The position numbers were made by a program, and so were the translations under genes. Under the pieces are notes generated by a model. That model was given only the letters and a program-made list of their open reading frames with translations, searched no databases and was not told where the DNA came from. A stretch of DNA of 64,000 nucleotides, taken from positions 229,464,001 to 229,528,000 of the forward strand of contig NC_086097.1 in NCBI RefSeq assembly GCF_963921235.1, written 5' to 3'. The DNA is from Mobula hypostoma. Lineage: Eukaryota. Positions 1-13,109 of the stretch are shown in pieces; within the stretch, counting starts at the first letter, position 1; every line of letters begins with the position of its first letter.

Positions 1-59
1 TCTTAAGTGATACTAGACCAAGCTACCATTGGGGTGGCCATATTTCTCTTGACAAAATA

Positions 60-262
60 TTTTATTTAGCGGTTATAGCATGGTAACAAGCCCTTTAGAT
101 CCAACATGCCCAGTTATATCCATGTGACCAATTAACCCACTAGCACATCTGTACATTTTTGGAATGTGGGAGAAAGCCCACGGGGTCAATACAAACTTTT
201 TACAGACAGAGGCAAAATTGAACCTCGGTCACTAGCGCTGTAATAATGTGATAACCACCACA
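60..262 (-). mobile_element. Degenerate V-SINE (HE1-like)
   Basis: Decayed V-domain-like text 'ttttggaatgtgggagaaagcccacgggg...acaaactttttacagac' plus a CR1-like tail; same layout as 1921-2180. Confidence 0.5.
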
Positions 263-1164
263 CTTCATTATTCATTATATTGTACTATAGTCCTATTGAT
301 GCAATTTTAGCATTACATTTGAAATGTGTTTTACTTAATTTTGCATAATTGATTTTTTTATTTTAATATATAAAAATAAACTCAACTCGTGCGATATTTG
401 TAATATTTAACAAGTGGTCAAATAAACAGGGCTCTCAAGTTCAGTTCTATGGAATTGATATAAATTGTTAATTGTTTTAAAAACTAGCTCGTTCAGCACT
501 TAAGCAAATCATTGACAGTGAAGAACAACATTTTTAACATTGGTTTTCTGTGTTTTGCATATTTTGTCTGAAAACAGAGCATGGTTTTTGTGGGAGAATA
601 GATTAAATGTAATATTTGAAGATGTCTGTATTAATGGCTTTCAAGTTAAATTAGCTTTTTAAAAAACATCTGACCGTTCAATGTCATTAGTTCATAAACA
701 CTATCTTTGAACTCTGAGTTTCTGCTTGGATGTGGCTTAAATAAATGCTCTGCTTGTTGATTTGAATTCAAATTGTTGACTGTTTTTAGTCTGTTTTAGT
801 TTGTGCATAACTGAATATTTGCTTTGGGTTGTTTTAAAGTTGAGACTGTTAGCAGTGATCTGAGATTATCAACAAAATTTGCTTAACTTACACAAGCAGT
901 CGGTGAATCTAGTGGTGTTTAAGTATACTTCATGGGGCATTGGGGAAGCAATTGCAAAAGCCAATGTAATTACAATTTTTTTTGCATCACTTATCAGTGA
1001 GATCTGGATTGCATCATGTATTACAGTTGCTGTCCTTCTGGTAGTGTATTGAAAGCAGGTTTTATGAACCTGTTCAATATTAAGTATGTACAAAAACATT
1101 TAATGACTTATTTGCTACGTAGTAGGTAGTTGGGTGATGAAGTAATTAAATTGGAGGATCAATA

Positions 1165-1830
1165 TAACCCTTCTATTCCATGTAGCCCTCCATTTTTCTT
1201 TCATCCATGTGTCTGTCTAGGAGTCATTTAAATGTCTCCAATGTCTCTTCCACTCCACAATCTCCTACAGGGTCATCCATGCATTTATCACTCTGGGGGA
1301 TGGGGGGGGGTTGCTTTCCTCCAATCACCTTAAAAATATGCCATCTCATATTAGCCATTGCTGCTCTGGGGGTAAAAAGGCACTAACTATCCACTCATCT
1401 GTGCCTCTTTTCATTTTACTTGCCTCTATCATGCCTCTCATCCTCTGCTCCAAATAGAAAAGCTTAACCTTTCCTTATATAAAAAAATACTTTCTTATCC
1501 TGGCAGCATCCCGTTGACTGTCCTGCACTCTCTAAAGCTTCCACGTTCTTCCTATAATGAGGTGACCAGAACTGAACTCAATATTCCAAGTGTGATCAAA
1601 CCAGAGTTTCTAGTTTGTCCTTCCAAAGTGAATCACTTCACACTAGTGGAATGAACTCCCATCTGCTACCTCTCAGCCCAGTCTGCATTCTGTCTATGTT
1701 CCTTTATAACCTGTGACAACCTTCTACACTATCCACACCACCACCAACCTTCGTATCACCTGCAAGCTTACTCACACACCCTCCCACTTCATTTGACATT
1801 TATAAATCACAAAGAGAAGGGATCCCAGTG
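1165..1830 (-). mobile_element. Degenerate CR1 LINE RT/3' fragment
   Basis: 'ggtgaccagaactgaactcaatattccaagtgtg' is the reverse complement of the HLEY.VQFWSP region; 'accaaccttcgtatcacctgcaagctt' corresponds to the FADDTK region. Confidence 0.6.
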
Positions 1831-1920
1831 ATTTTTCAGTGATGAGTAAGCAGCGGAGAAATGCATTCCCTCTCCTGGTTCCATCTGCCTCTCTCACCTC
1901 ATTCTCGCATTTGTTGCTCA

Positions 1921-2180
1921 ATGTTTTATTTAGAGATGCAGTGTGAAACAGGCCCTTCCAAACCTACCTATTTAATCCTAATCACATGACAATTTACAAC
2001 GATGAATTAACCTTCTGACTGCTATGTCTAAGGAATGTAGGAAGAAACCAGAACACCCAGAGGAAACTCACGCACTCACAAGAAGGATACACAAACTTTA
2101 CATTTGTTGTCAGAATTTAATTCCGAGCTCTGACACCCCGAGCTTTATTGCCATCATGCTGCTACGCTACTGTGGCGCCC
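1921..2180 (-). mobile_element. V-SINE (HE1-like) with CR1-type tail
   Basis: V-domain-like 'gaatgtaggaagaaaccagaacacccagaggaaactcacgcactcac'; tRNA-like head at the right end; tail 'aaacaggcccttcc' resembles the CR1 3' ends in this window. Confidence 0.65.
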
Positions 2181-2370
2181 AGTGTTACCCTGTGGATTTT
2201 CATCAGATGTGGAGTATATTTACAACCATGTAATAATTTTTTAAAAAGTATAGCCAGTAAAAACAGTGATACCAAATTTTCAATTTAGCAGCTGATAATA
2301 TTCTCAGTTCATTAACCTCCACTTCATGCACATTTTGGAAGAACAGAATCCATTCTGTTTCAATACTGCT

Positions 2371-3188
2371 TAGATAGATAGATAGATATACTTTATTAAT
2401 CCCGAGGGAAATTTGGTTTTGTTAAAGCCGCACCAACCAAGAATAGAGCGTAAATATAGCAATACAAAAAACCCCAACAATCAAACAACAAAACGCAAAC
2501 CATGCCAGATGGAAAACAAGTCCAGGACCAGTCTATTGGCTCAGGGTGTCCGACCCTCCACGGAGAAGCTGCACGCCCGATGGCCACAGGCAGGAACAAC
2601 CTCCCGTGCCGCCAGTGCTGTATCACGATGGAATGTGGCCAAAGTCCAACAGTAAGAAGTTCAGTATCCAGTCCACAAACACGTTCCTCGATCATAATAT
2701 ACTCCGGATTGCACCATCCGTTGTTAACCAGATCAGTAAGCACGAAACTCCTTTACACTTACCGCTCTCGGTGCACTTCCGGTCAGTCGGAACAGTATTG
2801 CCCACCGAACTCCTCTGCTCCAAAAGTCTCTGTTGTCTCGACCCGGTCCTCTTTCCTCGGCTTTGTGATCCCCCTCTGTGTGTTTTCCTCCGGATTTCAG
2901 CAAGGGTGTCCACCGCTCGGTTAGCTAAGCCGGCCGGGATTTGCTGGTCCATGAAATACACAATGCAACCTTGCTTCTGTCCCGTGTGTCGGGATGTAAC
3001 CATTTCCAGCGCTAAAGAAAATCCAAATAAAACTCTCTCTACCAGTATGTTAGAGAGGGTGTAGCTTCGACATGTTACAGTGAGAAAAAGAATACAAAAA
3101 TAACGTAAATTAAAAAGTAAGAAGAAGAAAGTAAGAGAATAGTTTGGAACGGCTGTACCAGGCTGCATGCACGACCGGTGCATGTGCA
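2371..3188 (-). mobile_element. Non-autonomous, internally deleted Rex1/Babar LINE derivative, copy 1
   Basis: On the - strand: 5' leader, endonuclease scrap (LVNNGWCNPEYIMIEERVCGLDTELLTVGL) joined to the ORF C-terminus (RHGRLFLPVAI), AATAAA and (ctat)n tail; second copy at 16859-17528. Confidence 0.75.
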
Positions 3189-3314
3189 CTTACCCAACCT
3201 GAAACATCTCACAGTCAAATGTTGTCCATTTTACTTAACCGAGGGAGTTTTTGCTCAGGCCTACATCAGGCAGGCAGAATAGCAGCTAAGCTCCGTAATC
3301 AGAAGGCACAAAAC

Positions 3315-3349
3315 GGGGGACTTCCGGGTCATCAAGGGAATGGCGGCGT
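3315..3349 (+). promoter_or_regulatory. Putative L1 internal promoter motifs (ETS-like ACTTCCGG, YY1-like AATGGCGG)
   Basis: Both motifs lie in the first 35 bp of the element; function is inferred from other LINE 5' ends. Confidence 0.4.
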
Positions 3350-3449
3350 AAGGAAAAGGTCTCTCGACAAAAAAGAAGGTAAACTGCCCCAAAATCGAAT
3401 TTAGACAAATACTTAATATTGCATAACTATATTAATAAAAGGGGCAAGG

Positions 3450-4436
3450 ATGACGTCTAAGAACAAGAATAAAAAGTCCGCTTCGAAGGCTGATAAACAT
3501 AAAGAGATGCAGCAAGGCGACGGGCCTAGCTCCCCCACGGCAAGCCAGGACAGAGATAATGAGGGGGAATCGGTGACTCTGTCTTTGATTCTCGGAGAGA
3601 TTCGCGAGTTCCGACAAGATAACAGCAAACAGCTGGAAGATATTAAAGGAGAAATAGTAAAAACTAACTCGCGGATAGATGAAGCCGAAGCGAGGATTGT
3701 TGGAATTGAAGAGAAGCTACAAAACGCCGAGGAAGTGATAGCAGAAATGCTGAAGCTACAAGACCAGCTTCAGTGGAAACTAATAGATCAAGAAGGCCGC
3801 TCGAGAAGGGAAAATGTGAGGATCTACGGAGTTCCCGAAGGAACCGAAGGTAAACCCGGATTGATGATTCCCTTCGTGGAGAAGCTGCTTAGAGAGAACC
3901 TTGATATACCGGCCGTAAAAGACCTACAGATAGAAAGGGCTCACCGCGCGTTGGCACCACAGCCTTCGGCAGGCGCCCAGCCCAGATCGATTCTGATCAG
4001 ATTTCTCAGTTACAGAACGAAGGAAGAGGTGCTTAAAAGAGCATGGCAAAAGAAAGGTTTCATGTGGAACAACTGCAAAATCAGTTTAGACCACGACTAT
4101 GCACCGGGGATTCTTGCCAGACGGAAGGAATATACGGAAACACGGAGAGTCCTGAAGGAAAACAACATCAGATTCCAGACCCTGTATCCAGCTCGGCTGA
4201 GAGTCTTTTACGACGAAGGGACAAAAACTTACGCTACGGTGGAGGAGGCAATGTTGGACCTGGCGGACCGGGGACTACCTATTAAAGTTATCACCCAACC
4301 GGAGTCACTACTGGAGAGGATTCGGCAGAAGTCGTGGCAGTTAGTGGGGCGAGGACGCTCCACTCGAACCAGAGTGTCAAACTACAAGGAAAAGCTGCAA
4401 ATATTCAGACGCGAATGTACAGAGAATACAGATTAA
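3450..4436 (+). CDS. L1 ORF1p (coiled coil, RRM, CTD; Transposase_22-like), 328 aa, intact
   Basis: Motifs EGRSRRENVRIYGVPE, IERAHR, PRSILIRF, LYPARLRV. Confidence 0.9.
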   Translation: MTSKNKNKKSASKADKHKEMQQGDGPSSPTASQDRDNEGESVTLSLILGEIREFRQDNSKQLEDIKGEIVKTNSRIDEAEARIVGIEEKLQNAEEVIAEMLKLQDQLQWKLIDQEGRSRRENVRIYGVPEGTEGKPGLMIPFVEKLLRENLDIPAVKDLQIERAHRALAPQPSAGAQPRSILIRFLSYRTKEEVLKRAWQKKGFMWNNCKISLDHDYAPGILARRKEYTETRRVLKENNIRFQTLYPARLRVFYDEGTKTYATVEEAMLDLADRGLPIKVITQPESLLERIRQKSWQLVGRGRSTRTRVSNYKEKLQIFRRECTENTD

Positions 4437-4798
4437 TTAAGAGAAATGACTGAAAAGAGTAAATCGGACTTAAAAGTAAAATGAAAACTGGTAATTGAAA
4501 ATAAACTAGGCGGAATAACTTGAAGGATAGCAATATGGTCGAGACATAAATAGGAGAAAATTCTCTATGATTATTCAAACTGCTGAGGGCCCTCTAACAC
4601 AGGGTGAAGATAGAGGTTATCCCTCTGAACTGAGGCGGGTCGGTGCTCAGGCCTCACTGTGGGAAGTCGGGAAAAATTTTCAAATGTTATACGTTCAGAA
4701 ATGTCTAGGGTGTGGTTATATGTCTTGGTTTACTGTTGAGAAGGGATTGCTTACTGTTTGGTTAGAAAAGGAGAGTGCTTTTTTTCTACTAGAGAAAA

Positions 4799-7700
4799 AT
4801 GCGAACTGAATTGGTAAAAATAATTTCCTATAATGTTAATGGGGTTTTGAATCCAATTAAAAGAAATAAGATTATGTCTAAATTGAAAAAAGAGAGGGCA
4901 CAAATAGCTTTCCTCTAGGAAACACATATGAACCAATCTGAACATGGAAAATTAAAAAGAATGGGCTTTAAGCATGTATTTTATTCATCATATAAATTGA
5001 GTCACAAAAGAGGGGTAGCTACTTTAATATCAAGTACTCTTAATTATGAACATATTTCAGAGACTAGAGACAAAGAAGGACGGTTTGTAAAAATCACAGG
5101 AAGAATAGAAGGTACAGAAATAACATTGCTGAATGTTTATGCTCCTCCAGGTAGTGAATGGTCATTTTATAGACACATTATTGACCTAATGGTCAGTTCT
5201 CGAGGGGTAGTAATTTGTGGAGGGGATTTTAATATTAGATTAAATCCTATATTAGATTCTTCAAGAATAGTTACTCAGAATAAACCTCTGACTCGGAAAG
5301 TGAATTCATTGATGGAGGAGTTGGGAATTATAGATGTCTGGAGGGAATTACACCCTACTAGTAAAGATTATACATATTACTCTTTCCCTCATTCAGCCTA
5401 TTCAAGGATAGACTATTTCTTTATCTTTAATACAGATAGACTCAGGATAAAAAACTGTAATATTGCAACAGTTGATCTGTCGGATCATAGCCCAGTCTCT
5501 GTGTCTCTAATCCTGGAAAGGAAAATGAGGAAAACACTATGGAGGCTAAACTTACATATACTCAATAACCCGAAAGTAATGGAGAGATTAAGGGGAGAAA
5601 TCAAAGAATATCTAGACCTTAATGACACGGGAGAAACATCACCAGTGATTTTATGGGATACATTGAAAGCTGTACTGAGAGGGAAAATTATTTCCATTAC
5701 TACTCACATGAAAAAAATCAATGCACAAAAATTAGCAGACCTTCAAGGAAAATTAAAACAACTTCAAGTTGTAGATAGCAACAAAAGTAATTCAAATCGA
5801 AAACAGGAAATTAGGAAATTGCAAAGTGAAATTGAAGATATTTATACGTTGGAAACTCAAAGAAATTTTCTTTACCTGAGACAAAAGAATTATGAAGTAG
5901 GAGGTAAATCAGCTAGATTATTAGCATATAAATTACGAAAACAACAAGCAGACAATACAATTCATAAAATAAAGAATCCAAAGACAAAGCTTGTGGAGAG
6001 TACAATAGGGAAAATTCAAGAGAGTTTTGAAACATATTATCGAGAGCTGTACTCCCAACACCGGGCCCCCAATGAGCCCTATATAGACAGTGTATTGAAT
6101 TTTTTAGATCTACCTAAACTTACAGATTTACAAAATGAAAGTTTATTAGAACCAGTAACTGTCAAAGAACTGAACGTGGCCATCTCTAGGTTAAAGGCTG
6201 GAAAGTCCCCGGGTTCTGATGGGTTTACCTCAGAGTGGTACAAGTCCCTGAAGACACAGTTAGCCCCATTACTACTTAACACCTTTAATTGGATCTTGCA
6301 GAGAGGAGAAACTCCACCTTCCTGGGGAGAAGCGATTATTTCAGTTATTCCTAAAGAGGGTAAAGATAAACTAGAATGTGGCAATTATCGGCCAATTAGT
6401 GTTCTTAATTTAGATTACAAACTATTTACATCTATATTAGCGCGCAGATTGGAAAAGCTTTTACCTAGCCTAATCCATTTAGACCAGACTGGATTTATTC
6501 AACAAAGACAAACACAGGACAACATAAGGAGAACTCTGCACATATTAGAACAGGTTAATAAGAACGAGACAGAGACAATGATAGTAGGATTGGACGCTGA
6601 GAAAGCTTTTGATTCGGTTAGTTGGGCATTCCTATACAGAGTGTTAGGAAGATTCGGCTTTCAAGAAAGGTTTATTAAAGTAATTCAGACTCTATATGAC
6701 AGTCCTACAGCCCGAATTAAGATAAATGGGGACCTCTCTGACTCCTTCATTTTAGAGAGAGGCACTAGACAGGGATGCCCAATTTCTCCTCTCCTTTTTG
6801 CGCTATATATTGAACCACTTGCCCAACGAATAAGACAGAGCGAAATCGTAAAAGGTATCAAGGTGGCAGGGATTGAACAGAAAGTGGCGTTATTCGCAGA
6901 TGATGTTTTGGTCTATCTGAGTGAACCAGAAAAATCATTTATAGGATTGTTTACACTGTTGGATGACTTTGGGAAAATATCAGGTTATAAAATAAATGTA
7001 AAGAAAACGCAGGTTATGTCCCTAAATTATACACCATCCAAAAAATTGCAGGATACATACGATCTTAAGTGGGAAGCTAAATCATTAAAATATTTAGGAA
7101 TAACCCTGCCGAAGGATCTTTCAACACTGTCACAGGTAAATTATGGGCCATTAATCTCAGAGATAAAAGCAGATATGCATAGATGGAATCTTATCCCCTT
7201 TTTAAGTTTAAATTCAAGGATAAATACTATAAAAATGAATATTCTTCCTCGGTTATTATATCTTTTCCGTACTTTACCAGTGGAGGTGGATGATAATCAA
7301 TTCAGGGAATGGGACAAATGGATTTCCCGCTTCATTTGGCAAGGAAGGAAACCTAGAATTCGATATAACACCTTACAGTTAGGGAAGGAAGGAGGAGGTA
7401 TGGTTCTTCCTTGCCTGAGAAATTATTTTTATGCCTCACAGATAACCCCTCTGTTATATTGGTGTAATAGGGAATATAAGGCTAGATGGAAGGAAATAGA
7501 ATTTGGATTAGTTGACAGTTTTCCTCTTCAGGCCTCAATAGCTGACAAAGGATTGATGGCCCAGTTGGAAAAATTTAATAATGCTTGGATAAATCTTACA
7601 TTAAAAGTATGGCAGAAGGTGGTTAATTCATGTGGAATTAATAACATGTTAAAACTCTTTAGGTGGTGTGCATATGATACCGAATTCCTTCCCAACAGAG

Positions 7701-8587
7701 GAGATAAAAGATTTGAGCTATGGATAAAGAAAGGTCTTACAACCTACCTCTCATTTATAGATAAAAGAGTATTACAAAGTTTCCAAATCCTACAGGACAA
7801 ACATGGCCTAGAACATAATGACTTTTTTAGGTACCTTCAAATACGAAACTATGTTAACCAGAGTTGTAGATATACAGACCTATCAACAGTAGAATTAGAA
7901 TTTTTCAAGATTCTGAATTCGGCTTGCAGTTCAATACCTAGTAAATCAGTTTCTCGCCTATATAATGCACTCTCCCATGCTAAAAATGTAAATACACTGT
8001 ATATTAAAGAGAAGTGGGAGAAAGAAGCGGGGTTGGTACTTTCAGAGGAGGCTTGGGGGAAAATCTGCAGCTTTCAATGGTCCTCGACTAATTCTTTGAC
8101 TTGGAGAGAACATTGTTGGAAAAACATTATAAGATACTTCAAGACCCCATATCAGGAAAAATATAAAGATACAAATGTGATGTGTTGGAGAAGGTGCGGC
8201 TCCAAGGAGGCAAATCATTTTCATATTTTCTGGGATTGCCCTAAATTAAGTCTATTTTGGGAAGGTATTCATAGAACATTAGTTAAGGTACTTAGGTCCC
8301 AGATACCTCTGAACTTTGAGACGCTCTATTTGGGGCATGTATTGTTCCTTGAACAGAAGGAAGATATAAAGTTGCTGCAGGCCCTCTTAGCGGCAAGTAA
8401 GAAATCAATCACTAGAAAATGGCTAAATCCAATACCACCTACATTAGAAGATTGGTACAAAATTATCTTGGAAATATTTAAAATGGAAAAGTTGACTTAC
8501 TCCCTGAGAACTCAAAAAGAAACATTTTATCAAATCTGGAATAAATGGATTGAATATATAACCCCAATGCGAGCAGACTTTAGATGA
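4799..8587 (+). pseudogene. L1 ORF2p (APE endonuclease, RT, CCHC) with one premature stop at 4916-4918
   Basis: In-frame ATG at 4799 reads MRTELVKIISYNVNG...IAFL*ETH, then 1219 aa open: GGDFN, SRIDY, SDH, RQGCPISP, FADD, CWRRC...HIFWDC. Confidence 0.92.
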
Positions 8588-9486
8588 CTCTCCTAATGAT
8601 TTATATTGCTCTTCTCATCAACACAGTAATATTGCTAACGTAAGCACCCCTAGTCTAAATGTTTGTTTTTTTTTGGAAAATAGAGAATTAACACAAGTAA
8701 AGGGAAAGATTTGGGAAAGGGATAAAAAAAAATGAAAAAATTAAGTAAATAAGTACATAGGGATTGGATAATTATGTCTGCGGGCAGGAACAAGCACGAA
8801 CAAATTGGGATATAAACACCTACAATGGTTGGTATATAGGCTTGTATGCAACATTTTGGACCAGTGGAAATGGTCCAGAAGGGTTGTATGGAAACTATTA
8901 TTACCATTTTTCTTAACAACTAATTTCATTACTTAGCCTAATAGGTTAGATTTACCACAGTACATAATTATCTATTTAAATGTTTATTTTCCTTTTATAT
9001 CATCTCAATGTGTACTTAAGAATGTATAAATAATTGTAGTTTTATACATATAAAAAAATGGAAAAGGTTATATGTGTGAAAAAAGTACATGATAATTGTG
9101 AATTCCTTATCCAAATAAAAATAAAATTAAAAAAAAAAGAAAAAAAAAGGCACAAAACAGCACATGCTCATGCCTTTCCTATTATTGTGGGGGATTTCAA
9201 TGAGGCCAGCTTGAACAACTATTACCAATGGAACCAGAGGAGCCAACACACTTGATCACTGTTATCCTACCATACGCTTACCATGCCATCCCACACCCAT
9301 ACTTTGGAATTTCCAAGCACTTGACTCCTATTGTATAAGCAGAGACTAAAGTCCGCAGCATTGGTGGTGAGAACCATAAAGGTGTGGTCAAGGAGGCGGA
9401 AGTGCAGTCACAGGACTGCTTTGAATCCAGGTACCTCCTAAAGAAGGCTATTTTGAGGGTGGAAAAAATTGTAATTGAGGTTAGAT

Positions 9487-10386
9487 ATGAGTGGAAAAGC
9501 AAATTGCACAGAGGATGTGGAGAGTCTGCAGAGGGATATAGATAGGTTAAGTGAGTGGGCCAAGGTCCGGCAGATGGAATACGATGTTGGTAAATGTGAG
9601 ATCATCCACTTTAGAAGGAATAATAGAGCAGATTATTATTTAAATGGTGAAAGATTGCAGCATGCTATTGTGCAGAGGGACTTGGGAGTGTTTATTCATG
9701 AATCGCAAAAAGTTGGCTTGCAGGTACAACAGGTTATTAAGAAGGCAAACGGAATGTTGGCTTTTATTGCTAGAGGGATTGAATTCAAGAGCAGGGAGGT
9801 CATGCTGCAACTATACAGGGTACTGGTAAAGCCGCACCTGGAGTACTGGTGCATTTCTGGTCTCCATACTTGAAGGATGTACTGGCTATAGTGCAGAGGA
9901 GGTTCACCAGGTTGATTCCGGGGATGAAGGGGTTAACCTAAGAGGAGAGTTTGAGTCGCCTGGGACTATACTCTCTGGAATTCAGAAGAATGAGAGGGGA
10001 TCTTATTGAAACAAAATTTTGAAAGGGATTGATAAGATAAAAGTAGGAAAGTTGTTTCCATTGATAGGTGAGACTAGAACTAGGGGACATTACCTCAAGA
10101 TTCAGGGGAGAAGATTTAGGATGGAGATGAGGAGAAACTGTTTTTCCCAGAGAGTGGTGAATCTGTGGAATTCTCTGCCCAGGGAAGCAGCTGAGGTTTC
10201 CTCACTAAATATATTTAAGAAACAGTTAGATAGGTTTTTACATAGTAAGGGAATTAAGAGTTATGGGGAAAAGGCAGGTAGATGGAGCTGAGTTTATGGA
10301 CAGATTAGCCATGATCTTATTGAATGGTGGGGCAGGCTCGATGGGCTGGATCGCCTACTCCTGCTCTTATTTCTTATGTTCTTATG
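9487..10386 (+). mobile_element. 5'-truncated CR1 LINE
   Basis: LQRDIDRLSEWA, PHLEY, FSQRVVNLWNSLP; tail 'tttcttatgttcttatg'; the Rex/Babar host resumes on both sides. Confidence 0.85.
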
Positions 10387-11789
10387 ATGGAATCGGATGC
10401 ACGTGAGCTCTGGCAGAGTTTGCCGATCATTACTTCCTACAAAGTGAAACCTGACTTGATGAATGGCTGTGATGCGTCACTGCTGGTTGAGCTCAGTGCC
10501 TTTTATGCAAGTTTTGAAAGAGAGAATAAGTTCCCTACAGTATCCAGTGACCCTGTGATCTGTTTCAAAGGCTGAAGTCAGAACACCTTTCAACAGGGTG
10601 AGCCCTCGTATGGCATCAGGCCCTGATGTTGTACTTGGTAGGGCTCTGAAAACCTGTGCTAACTAACTGGCAGGAATGTTCAAGGACATTTCAAATCTCT
10701 CTTGCTGCAGTCAGAGGTTCCCACCTGCTTCAAAAGGGTAACAATCAGTGTCAAAGAAGTGCAGAGTGAGTGTCTCAACAACTTTCACCCAATGGCACAT
10801 CTACTGTGATAAAGTAATTTGAGAGGTTGGTTGTGGTTAGAATCAACTCCTTTCTAGGCAAGGTCTGGACCATGCTGCAATTTCCTGATGGCCACAATAG
10901 GTATACAGCAGATGCGGTCTCACTGGCTCTCTACTTGGCTTTGGATCACCTGGACAGTAATAATACCCATATCTGGCTGCTGTTTATTGACTGCACAATC
11001 ATATCCCCAGTTCTAATCAACAAGCTCCAAAACCTGGGCTAGTATACCTCCCTCTGCAACTGGAAACTGACTTCTTCACTGACAGACCACAGCCTATACG
11101 GATCCTCATTGACAATCAACACCGCATCTCAAGGATGTGTGCTTAGCCCACTGCTCTGTTTTTTTCTACACTCACAGTGGCTAGACACAGCTCAAATGGC
11201 ATTAATAAATTTGCTGATGACGTGGCTATTGTCGCCAGAATTTCAGAAGGTGACGAGATGTACAGGAGCGAGATAGATCGGCTTTTGTGTCACGACGACA
11301 ACCTTGCAGTCAGTGGTAGTAAATCCAAGGAATTGATTGTGGCCTTCAGGAAGGGGAAGTCAAGGGAACAACTACCAGTCCTTGTTGAAGATCAGTGGTG
11401 TAAAGGGTGAGAAGTTTCAAGTTCCTGGGTGTCAACATCTCTGAAGATCTATCCTGGGGCCAACATATTGAAACAGTTACAAAGAAGGCATGACAACAGC
11501 TATGTGCCATTAGGAGTTTGAGGAGGCATGGACTGCAGCAAATTTCAACAGATGTACCATGGAGAGCATTCTTAACTGGTTGCATCACTGACTGGTATGG
11601 AGAGGCCACTGCACAGGATCAGAGAAAGTTGTCTACTCAACCAGGATCATGGGCCCTAGCCTCCTGAGCATCCAGGATACCTTTAAAGGGTGGTGCAGCC
11701 TTTTTGAGACATAAATCATTATGGACCTCCCCCCCCCCCCCCCCCAATCACCAGGACATGCCCTCTCTTTAATGCCTCCATCAAGGAAG

Positions 11790-12085
11790 ATGTACTCCTT
11801 ATCCAACTTATCCAAAGTACTTGGTGCCAGAAGTGTTTCGATTTTGGAATATGTATTGAGATAGCTTGGGATTGCCCTCATTTCCATCTCTGAATTTATG
11901 TACAATCGATAAGAAGTCTTTGTCTTACATTTGTTCATAATATGTTTAAAAAAGTATTGACATAAATGTTACCAACTTTTATACCCCAAATAACAAAACA
12001 CAATATAGATTCAACAGATCAAACTACCTCAGCATGATTAGTATCCTGTCAGTTTTGACAGTCTAAATTTCAGTAAATTAGTTAC
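11790..12085. mobile_element. Tigger/MER46-like DNA transposon remnant
   Basis: 'cttatccaaagtacttggtgccagaagtgtttcgattttggaatat' resembles Tigger4/MER46-type termini (from memory); second TIR not clear. Confidence 0.35.
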
Positions 12086-13109
12086 AAGAACCTAGGAGAT
12101 GTGTCTCCAGAACTGCCCAGTCAATCACAGATAAAGCCCTCCCCACTATTGAGCACATCTACATGAAGTACTGTCGCTGGAAAGCAGCATCAATCATCAG
12201 GGACCCCACCACCCAATATGTGCTGTCTTCTCACTGCTACCATCGGGAATGTGGTCCAGGAGCCTCAGGACACTCACCACCAGGTTCAGGAACAGTTAAT
12301 ACCACGCAACCATCAGGTTCTTGAACCAAAGGGATTAATTTCACTCAATTTCACATAACCCATCATTGAAATATTCCTACAGCCTTTGGACTCACTTTCA
12401 AGGACTCTATCTCATATTCTTGCTTTTTGTATTTGCAGTTTGTTGTCTTTTGTACACTGGTTAAACACCCATGTGGTGCAGTCTATCATCGATTTTGTTA
12501 TGGATTTATTGAATATGCCCGCAAGAAAATGAACTTCAGGGTTATATACAGTGACATGGATGTACTTTGATAATGTCAAATTACACTAAAGTTATACTTT
12601 CAAATTGCTGCAATCGTGATTTGTTTTGCTGAGGTGTGTGGAGGCCAGCTGGTTGCAACTTGCGTTACTACTTTTGATCACATTTTCCTTGTATGGTGTT
12701 TCATTGGAAATTTGATGGAAACCGATGGCAGGGTTATATGGACCTGAAAGAGACTGCATGTCTACATGAACTGAGAAATGGTTTTGGATTTTTTTACTTG
12801 GAGTATAAAAAGCGTAGGTAAAAAAACACTTGTTGGCTGATGTTAAGCAGCAAAGTATTAGTTCATAAAATTAGCAATTGATTTTTAGACCAGTAGTTTT
12901 GGACACATTATTGGAAGAGTAGACTTTGTGCAGAATTACGTTAATTGCAATGCTCCTGTGAGTTTGATCATCTTTTCCATTTTCCAACTTTACATTTAGT
13001 TATTAAGCTAGATATTGCAATGTTTTTTGTATCTGAAGCTTGGGAATATCTAATAAATTTTATTTCATTTAATATAATTATCTAACCTTGTTCCAGTAAC
13101 TCTTTGACA

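Larger units (their letters stand above)
3315..9146 (+). mobile_element. Full-length L1-clade LINE
   Basis: 12-bp TSD aaggcacaaaac at 3303-3314 and 9147-9158; 5' end GGGGGACTTCCGG; ORF1, 362-bp spacer, ORF2, 3' UTR, AATAAA (9114, 9120) and poly(A) tail. Confidence 0.95.
3200..12575 (+). mobile_element. Old Rex1/Babar-type LINE, interrupted by L1, CR1 and a Tigger-like remnant
   Basis: PFYL(P)REF-like text near 3225; IIVGDFN after the L1 (~9180); ESDARELWQ (10390); INKFADD (~11205); 3' tail near 12540-12575. The piece from ~12090 may be a second copy. Confidence 0.65.

Noticed and set aside
2413..3064. Overlapping + strand ORFs here, and similar antisense ORFs over CR1 and Penelope copies
   Set aside because: Shadow frames of repeats with no recognisable protein motifs.
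4928..8587. ORF track's 1219-aa ORF as an intact ORF2
   Set aside because: The endonuclease N-terminus lies upstream in frame from 4799 and is cut off by TAG at 4916.
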